Shown piece after piece: positions 31,044 through 40,646 of a stretch of DNA of 64,000 nt. Position 1 is the stretch's first letter; the number at the start of each line of letters is the position of its first letter. A program made the position numbers and the translations under genes. This DNA is from Roseovarius sp. (GTDB taxonomy: Bacteria > Pseudomonadota > Alphaproteobacteria > Rhodobacterales > Rhodobacteraceae): positions 21,785 to 85,784 of the forward strand of contig NZ_JALUXE010000004.1 of NCBI RefSeq assembly GCF_027019125.1, written 5' to 3'. The notes beneath the pieces are model-generated. The model was not told the origin of the DNA. It saw only the letters and a program-made list of their open reading frames with translations, and ran no database searches.

Positions 31044-32562
31044 TGCAGCAGTTTTTCTGGGTTTGACCTCAACGGGTGCCGCCCTCGCGCAGCAGCCTCT
31101 CTCGGCCATCGACTGGCTGGATCAGGCCAGCACCGCCGCTGTCACCACCGTGCCACGCGCCTCGCTTACCGAACCCCCCGCTGCCGATACGGTGACCGTG
31201 CCGAACGTCACCGTCACCGCACTTGATGCGCCGCGCGCCGATGCGGTTGGCCTGCTTCCCAGAACCACCACGGGATTGCCTGTAACCCTCTGGGAAAAAA
31301 GCACAAACTCTAGGCTCCTGTGGGCTCTGTCTCAGCTTGAATCGGAACCTTTGCCCGCGATTCAGGCGCTCTATTACACTCTGCTGCTGGCCGAGGCGAA
31401 TGCCCCCCTCGACGCCGGATCAGAGGCCGCCTTTCTGCAAGCCCGCCTCAAGGCCCTGCGTGACTTTGGCGCAATCGAGCCCGCACAAGCCATGGCCGAG
31501 CGCGCCGGCCCGATGACAAAATCTCTTTTTGACCAATGGTTTGATCTGTCACTCTTGCTGGGACAAGAGGACCCGGCCTGCGCCATGCTCAGTCGCAAAC
31601 CGCGCCTGACCTCGGATATCGGCGCGCGGATTTACTGCGCGGCGCGCACCGGCGACTGGAACACGGCGGCCCTGACCTATCACAGCGCCACAGCCCTTGA
31701 CACCCTGACGGAGACCGATGCCACCCTTCTTGCGCTCTACCTGGATCCCGAATTGATCGACGTAACGGAGCCACCAGAACCGCCCCAATCCCTCACCGCG
31801 TTGCAGTTCCGCCTGTTTGAGGCCATCGGCACCGCCTTGCCCACCCACAATCTGCCCCGCGCCTTCGCCATGGCCGACCTGCGCGGCAATTCAGGCTGGA
31901 AGGCCGAAATCGAAGCAGCAGAGCGCCTCGCGCGCACCGGTGCCGTTCCCGCCTCGCGCCTCTTGGGGCTCTACACGGATCGCCGCCCTGCGGCCTCGGG
32001 CGGGGTGTGGGATCGGGTTGCTGCGGTTCAGGCGCTTGATCTGGCGCTGAGTGAAGGGGCCACGGAAGATCTCGTTCAGGCGCTACCGAGGGCCTGGCGC
32101 GCCGCGCAGGACCAACGACTAGAGGTCACCTTCGCAGAGCTTTTCGCAGAACGCCTGAACGAAGCGGAAATTCCGCCGAGTATCGCGTCGCAAGTCTTTG
32201 AAATCACGCTATTGTCGGATCAGTATGAAACGGCTGCCGCTCGGGTCGAGTCACCGTCGTCGGATCAACGCTTCCTGATTGAAACCGCGCTTGGAACCCC
32301 CTCTGCCGAGACCGCGCGCACCGCGCTTCAAGGGGCCATCGCCGCGGGTTTTGCCAGCGTCACGCCCCCGCCAGAGCATCAGGCGTTGATTGATGCCGGT
32401 CGGCTGGGCGAAGCGATTCTGGCCGCCGCCCGACAGATCGGTCACAGCGACCGTGCCCGCGATGCCCTGCCGGGCGCGATTGCCACACTGCGGGCTCTGG
32501 GCCTAGAGGACACAGCGCGCCGCGCCGCCCTGCAACTCCTCCTGCTGGGGTCACGCGGGTGA
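31030..32562 (+). CDS. Conserved exported hypothetical protein (helical)
   Basis: Signal peptide then AQQPLSAIDWL; long ORF coupled to xerD; start uncertain (TTG 31030). Confidence 0.75.
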   Translation: MIRISAAVFLGLTSTGAALAQQPLSAIDWLDQASTAAVTTVPRASLTEPPAADTVTVPNVTVTALDAPRADAVGLLPRTTTGLPVTLWEKSTNSRLLWALSQLESEPLPAIQALYYTLLLAEANAPLDAGSEAAFLQARLKALRDFGAIEPAQAMAERAGPMTKSLFDQWFDLSLLLGQEDPACAMLSRKPRLTSDIGARIYCAARTGDWNTAALTYHSATALDTLTETDATLLALYLDPELIDVTEPPEPPQSLTALQFRLFEAIGTALPTHNLPRAFAMADLRGNSGWKAEIEAAERLARTGAVPASRLLGLYTDRRPAASGGVWDRVAAVQALDLALSEGATEDLVQALPRAWRAAQDQRLEVTFAELFAERLNEAEIPPSIASQVFEITLLSDQYETAAARVESPSSDQRFLIETALGTPSAETARTALQGAIAAGFASVTPPPEHQALIDAGRLGEAILAAARQIGHSDRARDALPGAIATLRALGLEDTARRAALQLLLLGSRG

Positions 32563-33530
32563 ACGCCGCGGCACGTTGGGTCAATCTCTTTCTCGAGGCG
32601 CAAGCTGCCGAAGTCGGAGCCGCAAGAAACACCCTTCTGGCCTATGCGCGGGATCTTAATGACTTTGTTGATTGGGTTTCAAATCAACAGCTTTCGTTGG
32701 AAACGCTGTCCCAGGCGGATATTGATCGCTATTTGATCCATTGCGACGCGCAGGGCCTGGCAAGGGCCACGCGGGCGCGCAGGCTCTCCGCAATCCGCCA
32801 GCTCTACCGATTTGCCTTTGACGAGCGGTTGCGCGCGGATAACCCCGCCATACGCATCAAGGGGCCCGGCAAGGCGCAGCGCCTGCCGAAGACTCTGAGC
32901 GAAGACGAGGTCAACCGCCTGCTGGACAGTGCCCCGGCCCACGGGCGCACCGCCTCCGAACGCTGCCGCAATGCCTGCCTGATCGCCCTGCTCTATGCTA
33001 CCGGCATGCGCGTGAGCGAACTGGTGTCACTGCCCCTTGCCGCCGCGCGGGGCGATCCGCGCATGATCTTGGTCCGCGGCAAGGGGGGCAAGGAACGTAT
33101 GGTGCCCCTCTCGCCGCCCGCGCGCGCGGCCCTGGCAAACTGGCTTGCGATTCGCGAAGCCGAAGAGAGCACGCGCCGCGCCAAAGGCCTGCAACCCGCG
33201 CCCTATCTTTTCGCATCAGGTGGGGCGACTGGGCACCTGACGCGTCACAGGTTTTATAACCTTATCAAGGAAATATCTGTCAAAGCTCATGTCGATCCAG
33301 ACAAGGTGACGCCGCATACCCTGCGCCATGCCTTTGCCACGCATCTTTTGGCCAACGGTGCCGACCTGAGAGTGATCCAGACCCTGCTTGGCCATGCCGA
33401 TGTCGCCACAACCGAGATTTATACCCATGTGCTTGAGGCCCGACTCCAAGCACTGGTGCAAGAGCATCACCCGTTGGCGCAGGCCGCCCGGCGCAAGACC
33501 GGGGGCAAAACCTCTTCTGAGGGCCAATAG
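32559..33530 (+). CDS. xerD: Site-specific tyrosine recombinase XerD
   Basis: LYATGMRVSEL, RGKGGKER, PHTLRHAFATHLL, LGH, TTEIYTH; aroK-adjacent synteny. Confidence 0.92.
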   Translation: MNAAARWVNLFLEAQAAEVGAARNTLLAYARDLNDFVDWVSNQQLSLETLSQADIDRYLIHCDAQGLARATRARRLSAIRQLYRFAFDERLRADNPAIRIKGPGKAQRLPKTLSEDEVNRLLDSAPAHGRTASERCRNACLIALLYATGMRVSELVSLPLAAARGDPRMILVRGKGGKERMVPLSPPARAALANWLAIREAEESTRRAKGLQPAPYLFASGGATGHLTRHRFYNLIKEISVKAHVDPDKVTPHTLRHAFATHLLANGADLRVIQTLLGHADVATTEIYTHVLEARLQALVQEHHPLAQAARRKTGGKTSSEGQ

Positions 33531-34282
33531 CCGGTCGTCAACGCCACATCATAACCCTGCACCAGCCCCGCCGCCCGCATTGCTGCCTCCGCGCCACGAT
33601 GATCATAGCTGAGGCGGTGAAAGCTGACCCGCTCATCCAATACCGCAAAGCCGGTCTCAACCCGACCATCATGCGGCGGCATGCCGATTGCCCCGGCATT
33701 TATCCACTCCACCGTGCCGATGCGCCGCTGAAACATCAATCCGGAGTGACCCGCGAAAACCAGATCAATATGGCCTGCAACCTCCTGAATCCGTTCGATT
33801 TCATCCAAAAACACCTCATCACTGGATACTGACCATAGAAAGCGGCTGATGTCCGTCAGGCCACCATGGATCACCGCCGCGCGTCGACCGGCATGGGTGA
33901 AGAGGATGAGATCCGGCAGCGCCCCCATCCAGCGGCGCGCCTCTCCGCCAACCGCACGGTCCGCGTGTCGGTACCACCCGGCAGACAAGAGGTCGCAGGT
34001 CGTGCCCGTATCAAACCCACATCCGCAATCCATCGCGTTGCGCGCCAATTGTTTCTCGCAATTTCCCGCAAGCACGACACAACCAGCGGCGCGGATCAAC
34101 GCTACGGTCTCGGCCGGCTCGGCGCAGTAGGCCACGACATCGCCCGTGCAGATCATACGTTCCGGGGGAATTTCATGGGCAGTTGCCCAAGCCAGAACCG
34201 CCTGCGTCGCCTGCAAATTGGAATATGGCCCGCCAAAAATCAGCACAGGCCCAGACAACGCGCCCAAATCTGTGATTTGCAT
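33467..34282 (-). CDS. Metallophosphoesterase-family protein (atypical motif 1, Cys-rich insert)
   Basis: GGPYSN, TGDVV, GNCE, IHGG, GHSG, NAGAIG. Confidence 0.82.
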   Translation of the reverse strand: MQITDLGALSGPVLIFGGPYSNLQATQAVLAWATAHEIPPERMICTGDVVAYCAEPAETVALIRAAGCVVLAGNCEKQLARNAMDCGCGFDTGTTCDLLSAGWYRHADRAVGGEARRWMGALPDLILFTHAGRRAAVIHGGLTDISRFLWSVSSDEVFLDEIERIQEVAGHIDLVFAGHSGLMFQRRIGTVEWINAGAIGMPPHDGRVETGFAVLDERVSFHRLSYDHRGAEAAMRAAGLVQGYDVALTTGYWPSEEVLPPVLRRAACANG

Positions 34283-34352
34283 CGGCCATGCTCCCTTGAA
34301 TGCAGGGGGCGCACGCCCCATAACCCTGTAAACTAAAAGGGACCGCACAGAG

Positions 34353-35660
34353 ATGGAAGCCGCGTCAAGCGCAACCGACCTTACATTCTGGATCACAAGT
34401 GGCGCGATCGTGCTGCTTCTGGTGATGTCCGCCTATTTCTCGGGCAGCGAAACCGCCCTCACCGCCGCCTCACGCGGAAAACTGCGCGCGCAGGCTGAAA
34501 AGGGCTCTCGCGGAGCGGAAACAGCTCTCAAGATCACCGAAGACAACGAGCGTCTGATCGGATCGGTCCTGCTCGGCAACAACATGGTGAATATTCTCGC
34601 CGCCTCGCTGGCCACCGCGCTCTTCACCCGCCTCTTTGGCGAAGGCGGTGTGGCGCTGGCCACCCTCGTGATGACCCTTCTGGTGCTGGTCTTTGCCGAG
34701 GTTCTGCCCAAAACCTATGCAATCACCAATGCCGAGGCCGCCGCAGCCCGCACGGCGCCGCTGATCGTCTGGGTGATCAAGGTCTTTTCCCCCATCGTCA
34801 CCGCCGTGCGCTGGTTTGTGCGCCGGGTTCTGGCGCTTTTTGGCGTGCAGACCGATCCCGACAGCCACATTCTTGCGGTGCGCGAAGAAATCGCGGGCGC
34901 GCTCTATCTGGGGCAATCCGAAGGCGTGGTGGAAAAGGAAGACCGCGACCGGATCCTGGGCGCGCTTGACCTGGGCGAACGCGCAGTCGAGGAAATCATG
35001 CTGCATCGCTCGCGGATCGAGATGATCGACGCCGAGGCAGACCCCGATGCAATCCTCGATCAATGCCTCAAGAGCAATCACACACGCCTGCCACTCTATC
35101 GCGACGACCCCGACAACATCATTGGCGTCGTCCACGCCAAGGACCTCTTGCGCGCCATGCACAAACTGGTGACGGAATCGCAGGACGGGGCGGCGGCGCT
35201 CAAGAATTTCGACGTGTGCAGCATCGCGCGCAAACCCTATTTCGTGCCCGAAACCACCACGCTGGATGACCAGATGCGGCAGTTCCTGCGTATGCGCAGC
35301 CATTTCGCCATGGTGGTGGACGAATATGGCACACTTCAGGGCCTGATAACGCTGGAGGATATCCTAGAAGAGATCGTCGGCGAGATCACCGATGAATTCG
35401 ACCCCGATGCCGAACATCCCGTGCGCCGGACCGAGGATAATCAGTTTCTCGTCGATGGCGCCATGACCATCCGCGACCTCAACCGTGCCAATGACTGGAA
35501 CCTGCCCGACGAGGCCGCAAATACCGTGGCGGGCTTGGTGATCCATGAGGCCCAGATGATCCCGAAGGTCGATCAGGTCTTCATCTTTCACGGTTTCCGG
35601 TTCCAGGTCATGGCCCGCAAGGACAATCGCATCACGCGTCTCAAGGTGCGCAAGCTCTGA
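34353..35660 (+). CDS. HlyC/CorC family transporter (CNNM + CBS + CorC)
   Basis: FSGSETA, FAEVLPK, HTRLPLY, VVDEYG, TLEDILEEIVGEI. Confidence 0.95.
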   Translation: MEAASSATDLTFWITSGAIVLLLVMSAYFSGSETALTAASRGKLRAQAEKGSRGAETALKITEDNERLIGSVLLGNNMVNILAASLATALFTRLFGEGGVALATLVMTLLVLVFAEVLPKTYAITNAEAAAARTAPLIVWVIKVFSPIVTAVRWFVRRVLALFGVQTDPDSHILAVREEIAGALYLGQSEGVVEKEDRDRILGALDLGERAVEEIMLHRSRIEMIDAEADPDAILDQCLKSNHTRLPLYRDDPDNIIGVVHAKDLLRAMHKLVTESQDGAAALKNFDVCSIARKPYFVPETTTLDDQMRQFLRMRSHFAMVVDEYGTLQGLITLEDILEEIVGEITDEFDPDAEHPVRRTEDNQFLVDGAMTIRDLNRANDWNLPDEAANTVAGLVIHEAQMIPKVDQVFIFHGFRFQVMARKDNRITRLKVRKL

Positions 35661-35669
35661 GAGCCTCGC

Positions 35670-36248
35670 TTAACGCGGTTCCTTGTACTTGAGAACGTCG
35701 CGATCCACCCCCAGACCGATGATGGGGCTCAACAAGTCGCGCCACAGGCTCTGACGTGGCTTGTCCTTGGCGGACGGATCGCGCGGCAGGCGCAGATCAT
35801 CCTCCAGCATCGGTGCCAGAATCCGCTCGTCCAGCATCCAGCGGCCCCGCCGCCCTTCGGCGCGATCTGCCTGCTGATAACTCAGCCACGCCGACAAACG
35901 CGTCTGACAGCACAGGGCCTTGCCGGGATAGATCAGGTAAAAGCCGCTGTTGACCCGCAAACAGATATTGTCCAGCACCCGAGCCACGCCGTGATACGCC
36001 TCGGGAACATGCGCCTTGGGCATATAATTGAACCGCCCGGGATCGCCATTGAAAAACACAGCAAGCGCCGTGCACAGATCAATGCCGCGCTGCGCCATGG
36101 CCCAACCCAGAACCGGCTCTGGTGCCAGCCTCCAGTCGTATTCGACAATCGCTCGATGAAACGCCTCGGGTGAGAGGCCGCGCAAATGCTCGATCTGCTC
36201 GGCAACAGGGCTTGCGGACCAATCAAACGGACTGGCATGCGGCATCAT
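35670..36248 (-). CDS. Hypothetical protein, DUF4274-like
   Basis: Y-D-W...W...DLCTALAVFF pattern resembles DUF4274. Confidence 0.55.
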   Translation of the reverse strand: MMPHASPFDWSASPVAEQIEHLRGLSPEAFHRAIVEYDWRLAPEPVLGWAMAQRGIDLCTALAVFFNGDPGRFNYMPKAHVPEAYHGVARVLDNICLRVNSGFYLIYPGKALCCQTRLSAWLSYQQADRAEGRRGRWMLDERILAPMLEDDLRLPRDPSAKDKPRQSLWRDLLSPIIGLGVDRDVLKYKEPR

Positions 36249-36389
36249 CGGCTCCGTAACTAAAGCGAAAAATCAATACTGTGTATGTGAGCGGCGAAAG
36301 TGCGTTTTGTGCGGAACAACTGTGACACCAATTAGGCAAACACAAAAGTTTCGCTTGGGGCGCGGGGTTTTGGCGACTAGGCTTGATTC

Positions 36390-36827
36390 ATGCTCACCCG
36401 TATTCTGCATTCCTTCTCCTCCCCGAAACCGGCCCCGCTGCCCGAGCCGGACGACAAATTGGCGCTGGCCGCCTTGATGGTGCGGGTGGCGAAATCCGAC
36501 CATCATTACGACCTTGCCGAGATCAAACGGATCGACCGCCTTTTGGCGCGGCTTTACGGGCTTGGCCCGGTCGAGGCGGCCAAGATGCGCGCCCTCTCGG
36601 AGCGGATCGAGCATGCCGCCCCTGAAACCGACCGCTTTGGCCATATCATCCGCGAGACCGTCAGCCTCGAGGCCCGCCTTGCCGCGCTCGAGGCTCTGTG
36701 GGAGGTGGTGTTGTCCGACGGCGCGAGCCAGCCAGAGGAATTGCACGTGATTGACGCCGCGCGCGAGGCAATGGGTCTGAGCCATGCCGATAGCGATGCC
36801 GCGCGCGCCTTGGCCGAGGCGCAGTAA
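36390..36827 (+). CDS. TerB family (DjlA N-terminal-like) protein
   Basis: LMVRVAKSD...E...LWEVVLSDG...E. Confidence 0.88.
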   Translation: MLTRILHSFSSPKPAPLPEPDDKLALAALMVRVAKSDHHYDLAEIKRIDRLLARLYGLGPVEAAKMRALSERIEHAAPETDRFGHIIRETVSLEARLAALEALWEVVLSDGASQPEELHVIDAAREAMGLSHADSDAARALAEAQ

Positions 36828-36869
36828 TTCCCCATTGGCGCGCCGCGCATGGCATCCTATACCAGAGCC

Positions 36870-37310
36870 ATGTTTGCAGATTTCCTGAAGCGGCTGATCC
36901 AACCAGCCCCCGAGCCTCTGACCGGCGGTGATGCCCGTCTGGCGCTCTGTGCCCTCCTCGTCCGCGTCGCGCGCACCGATGGAGATTACGCTGCGGCCGA
37001 GATCATCCGCATCACGCGCATCATCTCAGCCCGTTACAACCTGTCTCAACCCGAGGCAGAGGCCCTGCGCCAACAGGCCGAAAATCTCGAGAGCGAGGCA
37101 CCCGACACTGTCCGCTTTACCCGCGCGATCAAGGATGCAGTACCACATGAGGACCGTCTCGGCGTGATCGAGGCGCTCTGGCAAGTGGCCTTGGCCGATG
37201 GGGTGCGAGAGGCGGATGAGGACGCGCTGTTGCGTTTGGTGGCCAGCCTTTTGGGCATCACCGATCAGGAAAGTGCCCGCGCCCGTCAGCGCATCATGGG
37301 TCAAACATGA
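36870..37310 (+). CDS. TerB family protein (tandem paralog)
   Basis: LLVRVARTDG, DTVRFTRAIK, LWQVALADG. Confidence 0.9.
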   Translation: MFADFLKRLIQPAPEPLTGGDARLALCALLVRVARTDGDYAAAEIIRITRIISARYNLSQPEAEALRQQAENLESEAPDTVRFTRAIKDAVPHEDRLGVIEALWQVALADGVREADEDALLRLVASLLGITDQESARARQRIMGQT

Positions 37311-38062
37311 TTGCCAGCCTGCCGATGTATGACCGCCCCGAAACCGCGGCGGCCAATGATGCCCTCTGGCAGGGAATTCGCGACGCCTTGGGCACAGGTC
37401 CAGAGCATCTGACCCGCGAAGGCGATCTCTGGAATCACTGGCAAAGCCCCGATCTCCTGCTCTCGCAGACCTGCGGTTATCCCTACCGCGCGCGGCTGCA
37501 TGGCCAGGTGACGCTGGTGGGCAGCCCTGTGCTGGATTTGCCCGACTGTCCACCGGGCTATTACTATAGCGTCTTTGTCGTCCGCGCCGATGATCCCCGC
37601 ACTGACCCGCAGGAGTTTGCCACCGCGCGCCTGGCCTATAACGATGCCCTGTCGCAATCCGGCTGGGCCGCACCGCAGAACTGGGCCACCGCGCGCGGCT
37701 TTGCCTTCACCACCCCCATCCACACCGGCACGCACCGCGCCTCTGCCTTGACCGTGGCCGAGGGGGGCGCCGATATTGCGGCGCTCGACGCGCTTACCTG
37801 GAAGTTGATGCAGGCGCATGACCCGTTCACGACAGGGCTGCGGGTGTTGGCCCGTACCAATCCCACGCCAACCCTGCCCTATATCACCGCCCTTGGGCGC
37901 GATGCAGACGCGATGCGCGCGGCGGTGGCGCATGCAATCGAGGCGCTCCCCTCAGACACGCGCGCAACTCTTGGGCTAAAGGGCGTCACCTTTATCGCCG
38001 CAACAGATTATCTGGCCCAGCCCAATCCCGCGCCGCCGCCTTTGTCTGCGCCTCCGATTTGA
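37307..38062 (+). CDS. PhnD/SsuA-like substrate-binding-fold protein, no obvious signal peptide
   Basis: MIASLPMYD, SQTCGYP, YYSVFVV, SQSG, DIAALD. Confidence 0.8.
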   Translation: MIASLPMYDRPETAAANDALWQGIRDALGTGPEHLTREGDLWNHWQSPDLLLSQTCGYPYRARLHGQVTLVGSPVLDLPDCPPGYYYSVFVVRADDPRTDPQEFATARLAYNDALSQSGWAAPQNWATARGFAFTTPIHTGTHRASALTVAEGGADIAALDALTWKLMQAHDPFTTGLRVLARTNPTPTLPYITALGRDADAMRAAVAHAIEALPSDTRATLGLKGVTFIAATDYLAQPNPAPPPLSAPPI

Positions 38063-38184
38063 GCTAACGGCACGTCAATTCGCACAAACAGCCCCCCAAT
38101 CGCCCGCTTTGCAAGTTGCATCGGCCCATTTTTTCGGCCCTATTGTCACAAAGCCGTCAAAACTCACCGAAACGGAAGCTGCCC

Positions 38185-38961
38185 TTGTCCGACACGCCCC
38201 CGGTTATCGAGATCCGCAACCTGCACAAGGCCTATGGCGCGCTTGAGGTGATCAAGGGGGTCGATATTGCCGCCCACCGTGGCGAAGTCGTCTCACTCAT
38301 CGGTTCTTCGGGCTCGGGCAAATCGACCATCCTGCGGTGCGCCAATCTGCTTGAGGATAGCCAGCAGGGCGACATCCTGTTCAAGGGCGAACCGGTTCTT
38401 TGGAAAGGTGCGGGATTGGCCCGCCACCCCGCTGATCCCAAGCAGGTTCTGCGCATTCGCACGAATCTCAGCATGGTGTTCCAGCAATTCAATCTCTGGG
38501 CGCATCTTACGATCCTGCAAAACGTCATGGAGGCGCCCGTGACCGTGCTTGGCCGCAACCGGCACGAGGTCGAGGCTGCCGCACGCAAACATCTCGACAA
38601 GGTGGGCATTGGCGACAAATGCGATGTCTACCCCGCTCAATTGTCCGGCGGCCAGCAACAGCGCGCGGCCATCGCCCGCGCCCTCTGCATGGAGCCCGAG
38701 GCGCTCCTCTTCGACGAACCCACGTCGGCGCTCGACCCCGAATTGGAACAAGAGGTGATTCGCGTCATCAAGGATCTGGCCAACGAGGGCCGCACCATGA
38801 TGATCGTCACCCATGACATGAAAATGGCCGCCGATGTCAGCGACCATGTCGTGTTCCTGCATCAGGGACTGATCGAGGAGCAAGGCCCACCCGACGCGCT
38901 CTTTGGCGCACCGAAATCGGCGCGCCTGCAACAATTCCTCAGCTCCACCAGCGGCGACTGA
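38185..38961 (+). CDS. Polar amino-acid ABC transporter ATP-binding protein (HisP-like)
   Basis: GSSGSGKST, LSGGQQQR, FDEPTSALD. Confidence 0.95.
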   Translation: MSDTPPVIEIRNLHKAYGALEVIKGVDIAAHRGEVVSLIGSSGSGKSTILRCANLLEDSQQGDILFKGEPVLWKGAGLARHPADPKQVLRIRTNLSMVFQQFNLWAHLTILQNVMEAPVTVLGRNRHEVEAAARKHLDKVGIGDKCDVYPAQLSGGQQQRAAIARALCMEPEALLFDEPTSALDPELEQEVIRVIKDLANEGRTMMIVTHDMKMAADVSDHVVFLHQGLIEEQGPPDALFGAPKSARLQQFLSSTSGD

Positions 38962-38992
38962 GGCAAGACCACCACTCAAAAGGGAGAAAACC

Positions 38993-39706
38993 ATGAAGAA
39001 ACTGCTACTCACCACCGCCGCACTGGCGCTCTCGGCTGGCTTTGCCATGGCCGATACCGTGCGACTTGGCACCGAAGGTGCCTACCCTCCGTATAACTTC
39101 ATCAACGACAAGGGCGAAGTCGACGGGTTCGAGCGCGAATTGGGCGATGAGCTATGCAAGCGCGCCGAACTGACCTGCGAATGGGTCACGAATGACTGGG
39201 ACAGCATCATCCCGAACCTCGTGTCCGGGAACTATGACGTGATCATCGCCGGCATGTCGATCACCGACGAACGGGATCAGGTGATTGATTTCACCCAGAA
39301 CTATACCCAGCCCGATCCCTCGGCCTATCTCGCCCCCTCCGCGGATGTCGATGTGAAATCCGGTGTGATCGCGGCTCAGTCCGGAACGATTCAGGCATCC
39401 TATGTGGCCAGCAGCGGTGCCACGCTGGTGGAATATGCGACCCCCGAGGAATCCATCGCAGCCGTGCGCAATGGCGAAGCCGATGCCGTTCTGGCCGACC
39501 GTGCCTTCCTTCTGCCCGTGGCCGAAGAGGATGCCGGGCTGGAACTCCTCGAAGAGCTGGTCATGATCGGGGGCGGCGTGGGTCTGGGCCTGCGCGAGAG
39601 CGACACCGAACTCAAGGCCAAGTTCGATGCCGCCATTCAGTCGATGAAGGACGATGGCAGCCTGAACGCCCTGATCGAGAAATGGGAAATCGGCCTGACC
39701 TTCTGA
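38993..39706 (+). CDS. Polar amino-acid ABC transporter substrate-binding protein
   Basis: Signal peptide; GTEGAYPPYN, WDSIIPNL, MSITDER. Confidence 0.95.
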   Translation: MKKLLLTTAALALSAGFAMADTVRLGTEGAYPPYNFINDKGEVDGFERELGDELCKRAELTCEWVTNDWDSIIPNLVSGNYDVIIAGMSITDERDQVIDFTQNYTQPDPSAYLAPSADVDVKSGVIAAQSGTIQASYVASSGATLVEYATPEESIAAVRNGEADAVLADRAFLLPVAEEDAGLELLEELVMIGGGVGLGLRESDTELKAKFDAAIQSMKDDGSLNALIEKWEIGLTF

Positions 39707-39718
39707 GGTTGGCCGACA

Positions 39719-39742
39719 GGCGGGGTCCAATGCGGCCCCGCC
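39719..39742 (+). terminator. GC-rich stem-loop after the binding-protein gene (partial terminator or mRNA stabiliser)
   Basis: GGCGGGGTC-caatgc-GGCCCCGCC. Confidence 0.45.
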
Positions 39743-39764
39743 CCCTCCAACAAGGCTCTTTGCG

Positions 39765-40646
39765 ATGTTTGCCTTTTGCTCCGATCCAGCCAGCCTTGAC
39801 GGTCTTGCGTGGATTTCCTGCTACCTGACCACGTCCAAACACCTGCAACTTTACTATGCGGTGGGCACGGTTCTGTTGCTGCTGGCGATCACTGCACCGG
39901 CTGCGCTTGCCTTTGGATTTGGTGGGGCAATGGCCGCGCGGGCGCATCTGGCCCCCCTGCGCTGGTTCGGCAAGTCCTATATCGCCGTCGTGCGCGGCGT
40001 GCCCGACATCGCGTTCTTTCTCTTTTTCGTCATCGCGCTGGATCAGGCGTTTGAATGGACGCGGCATCAGATCCTGTGCCCAGATTGGGACCAACCGATC
40101 CGTCAGGGCAATGACTTTGTGGTCTGTCAGGCCGCGAAACTCCCCCTCGGCACAGCCCCGCAATGGGTGCATGAAACCTACGGCTTTGCCCTTGCTGTGC
40201 TGACCTTTGCCATCGTCTTTGGGGCCTTTGCCGCGAATGTGCTCTTTGGGGCCATGCGCGCCGTGCCCCGTGCCCAGATGGAAACCGCCGAGGCCTATGG
40301 CATGTCCCGTCGTCAGGCCTTCTGGCGGATCATGGTGCCGCAGATGTGGGTTTACGCCCTGCCCGGTCTTGGCAATCTCTGGATGGTGCTGATCAAGGCC
40401 ACACCGCTGCTCTTCCTGCTCGGGGTCGAGGATATCGTCTATTGGGCGCGCGAACTCGGCGCCACGGCCAATCCGCGATTTACCGACTATCCGCATGGCG
40501 ACTGGCGGATGTGGTATTTTCTGGGGCTGATGGTGTTCTATCTCGGCTTCACCCGCGTGTCAGAGGTCATGCTGGAGCGCCTCATGCAGCGCCTTACATT
40601 CGGGCAGGCCACGACCGGCGGTGAAGCGCAAAGGAAAGCGGCATGA
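39765..40646 (+). CDS. Polar amino-acid ABC transporter permease (HisQ-like)
   Basis: RGVPD, AVPRAQMETAEAYG, KATPL. Confidence 0.93.
   Translation: MFAFCSDPASLDGLAWISCYLTTSKHLQLYYAVGTVLLLLAITAPAALAFGFGGAMAARAHLAPLRWFGKSYIAVVRGVPDIAFFLFFVIALDQAFEWTRHQILCPDWDQPIRQGNDFVVCQAAKLPLGTAPQWVHETYGFALAVLTFAIVFGAFAANVLFGAMRAVPRAQMETAEAYGMSRRQAFWRIMVPQMWVYALPGLGNLWMVLIKATPLLFLLGVEDIVYWARELGATANPRFTDYPHGDWRMWYFLGLMVFYLGFTRVSEVMLERLMQRLTFGQATTGGEAQRKAA

Noticed and set aside
32559-33530. Tyrosine recombinase as a possible island integrase
   Set aside because: XerD-type sequence in the conserved aroK-linked core context; no att sites or cargo around it.
36390-37310. Tandem terB genes as a tellurite-resistance or defence island
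   Set aside because: No terA/C/D/Z genes, host-like composition, and embedded in core synteny.
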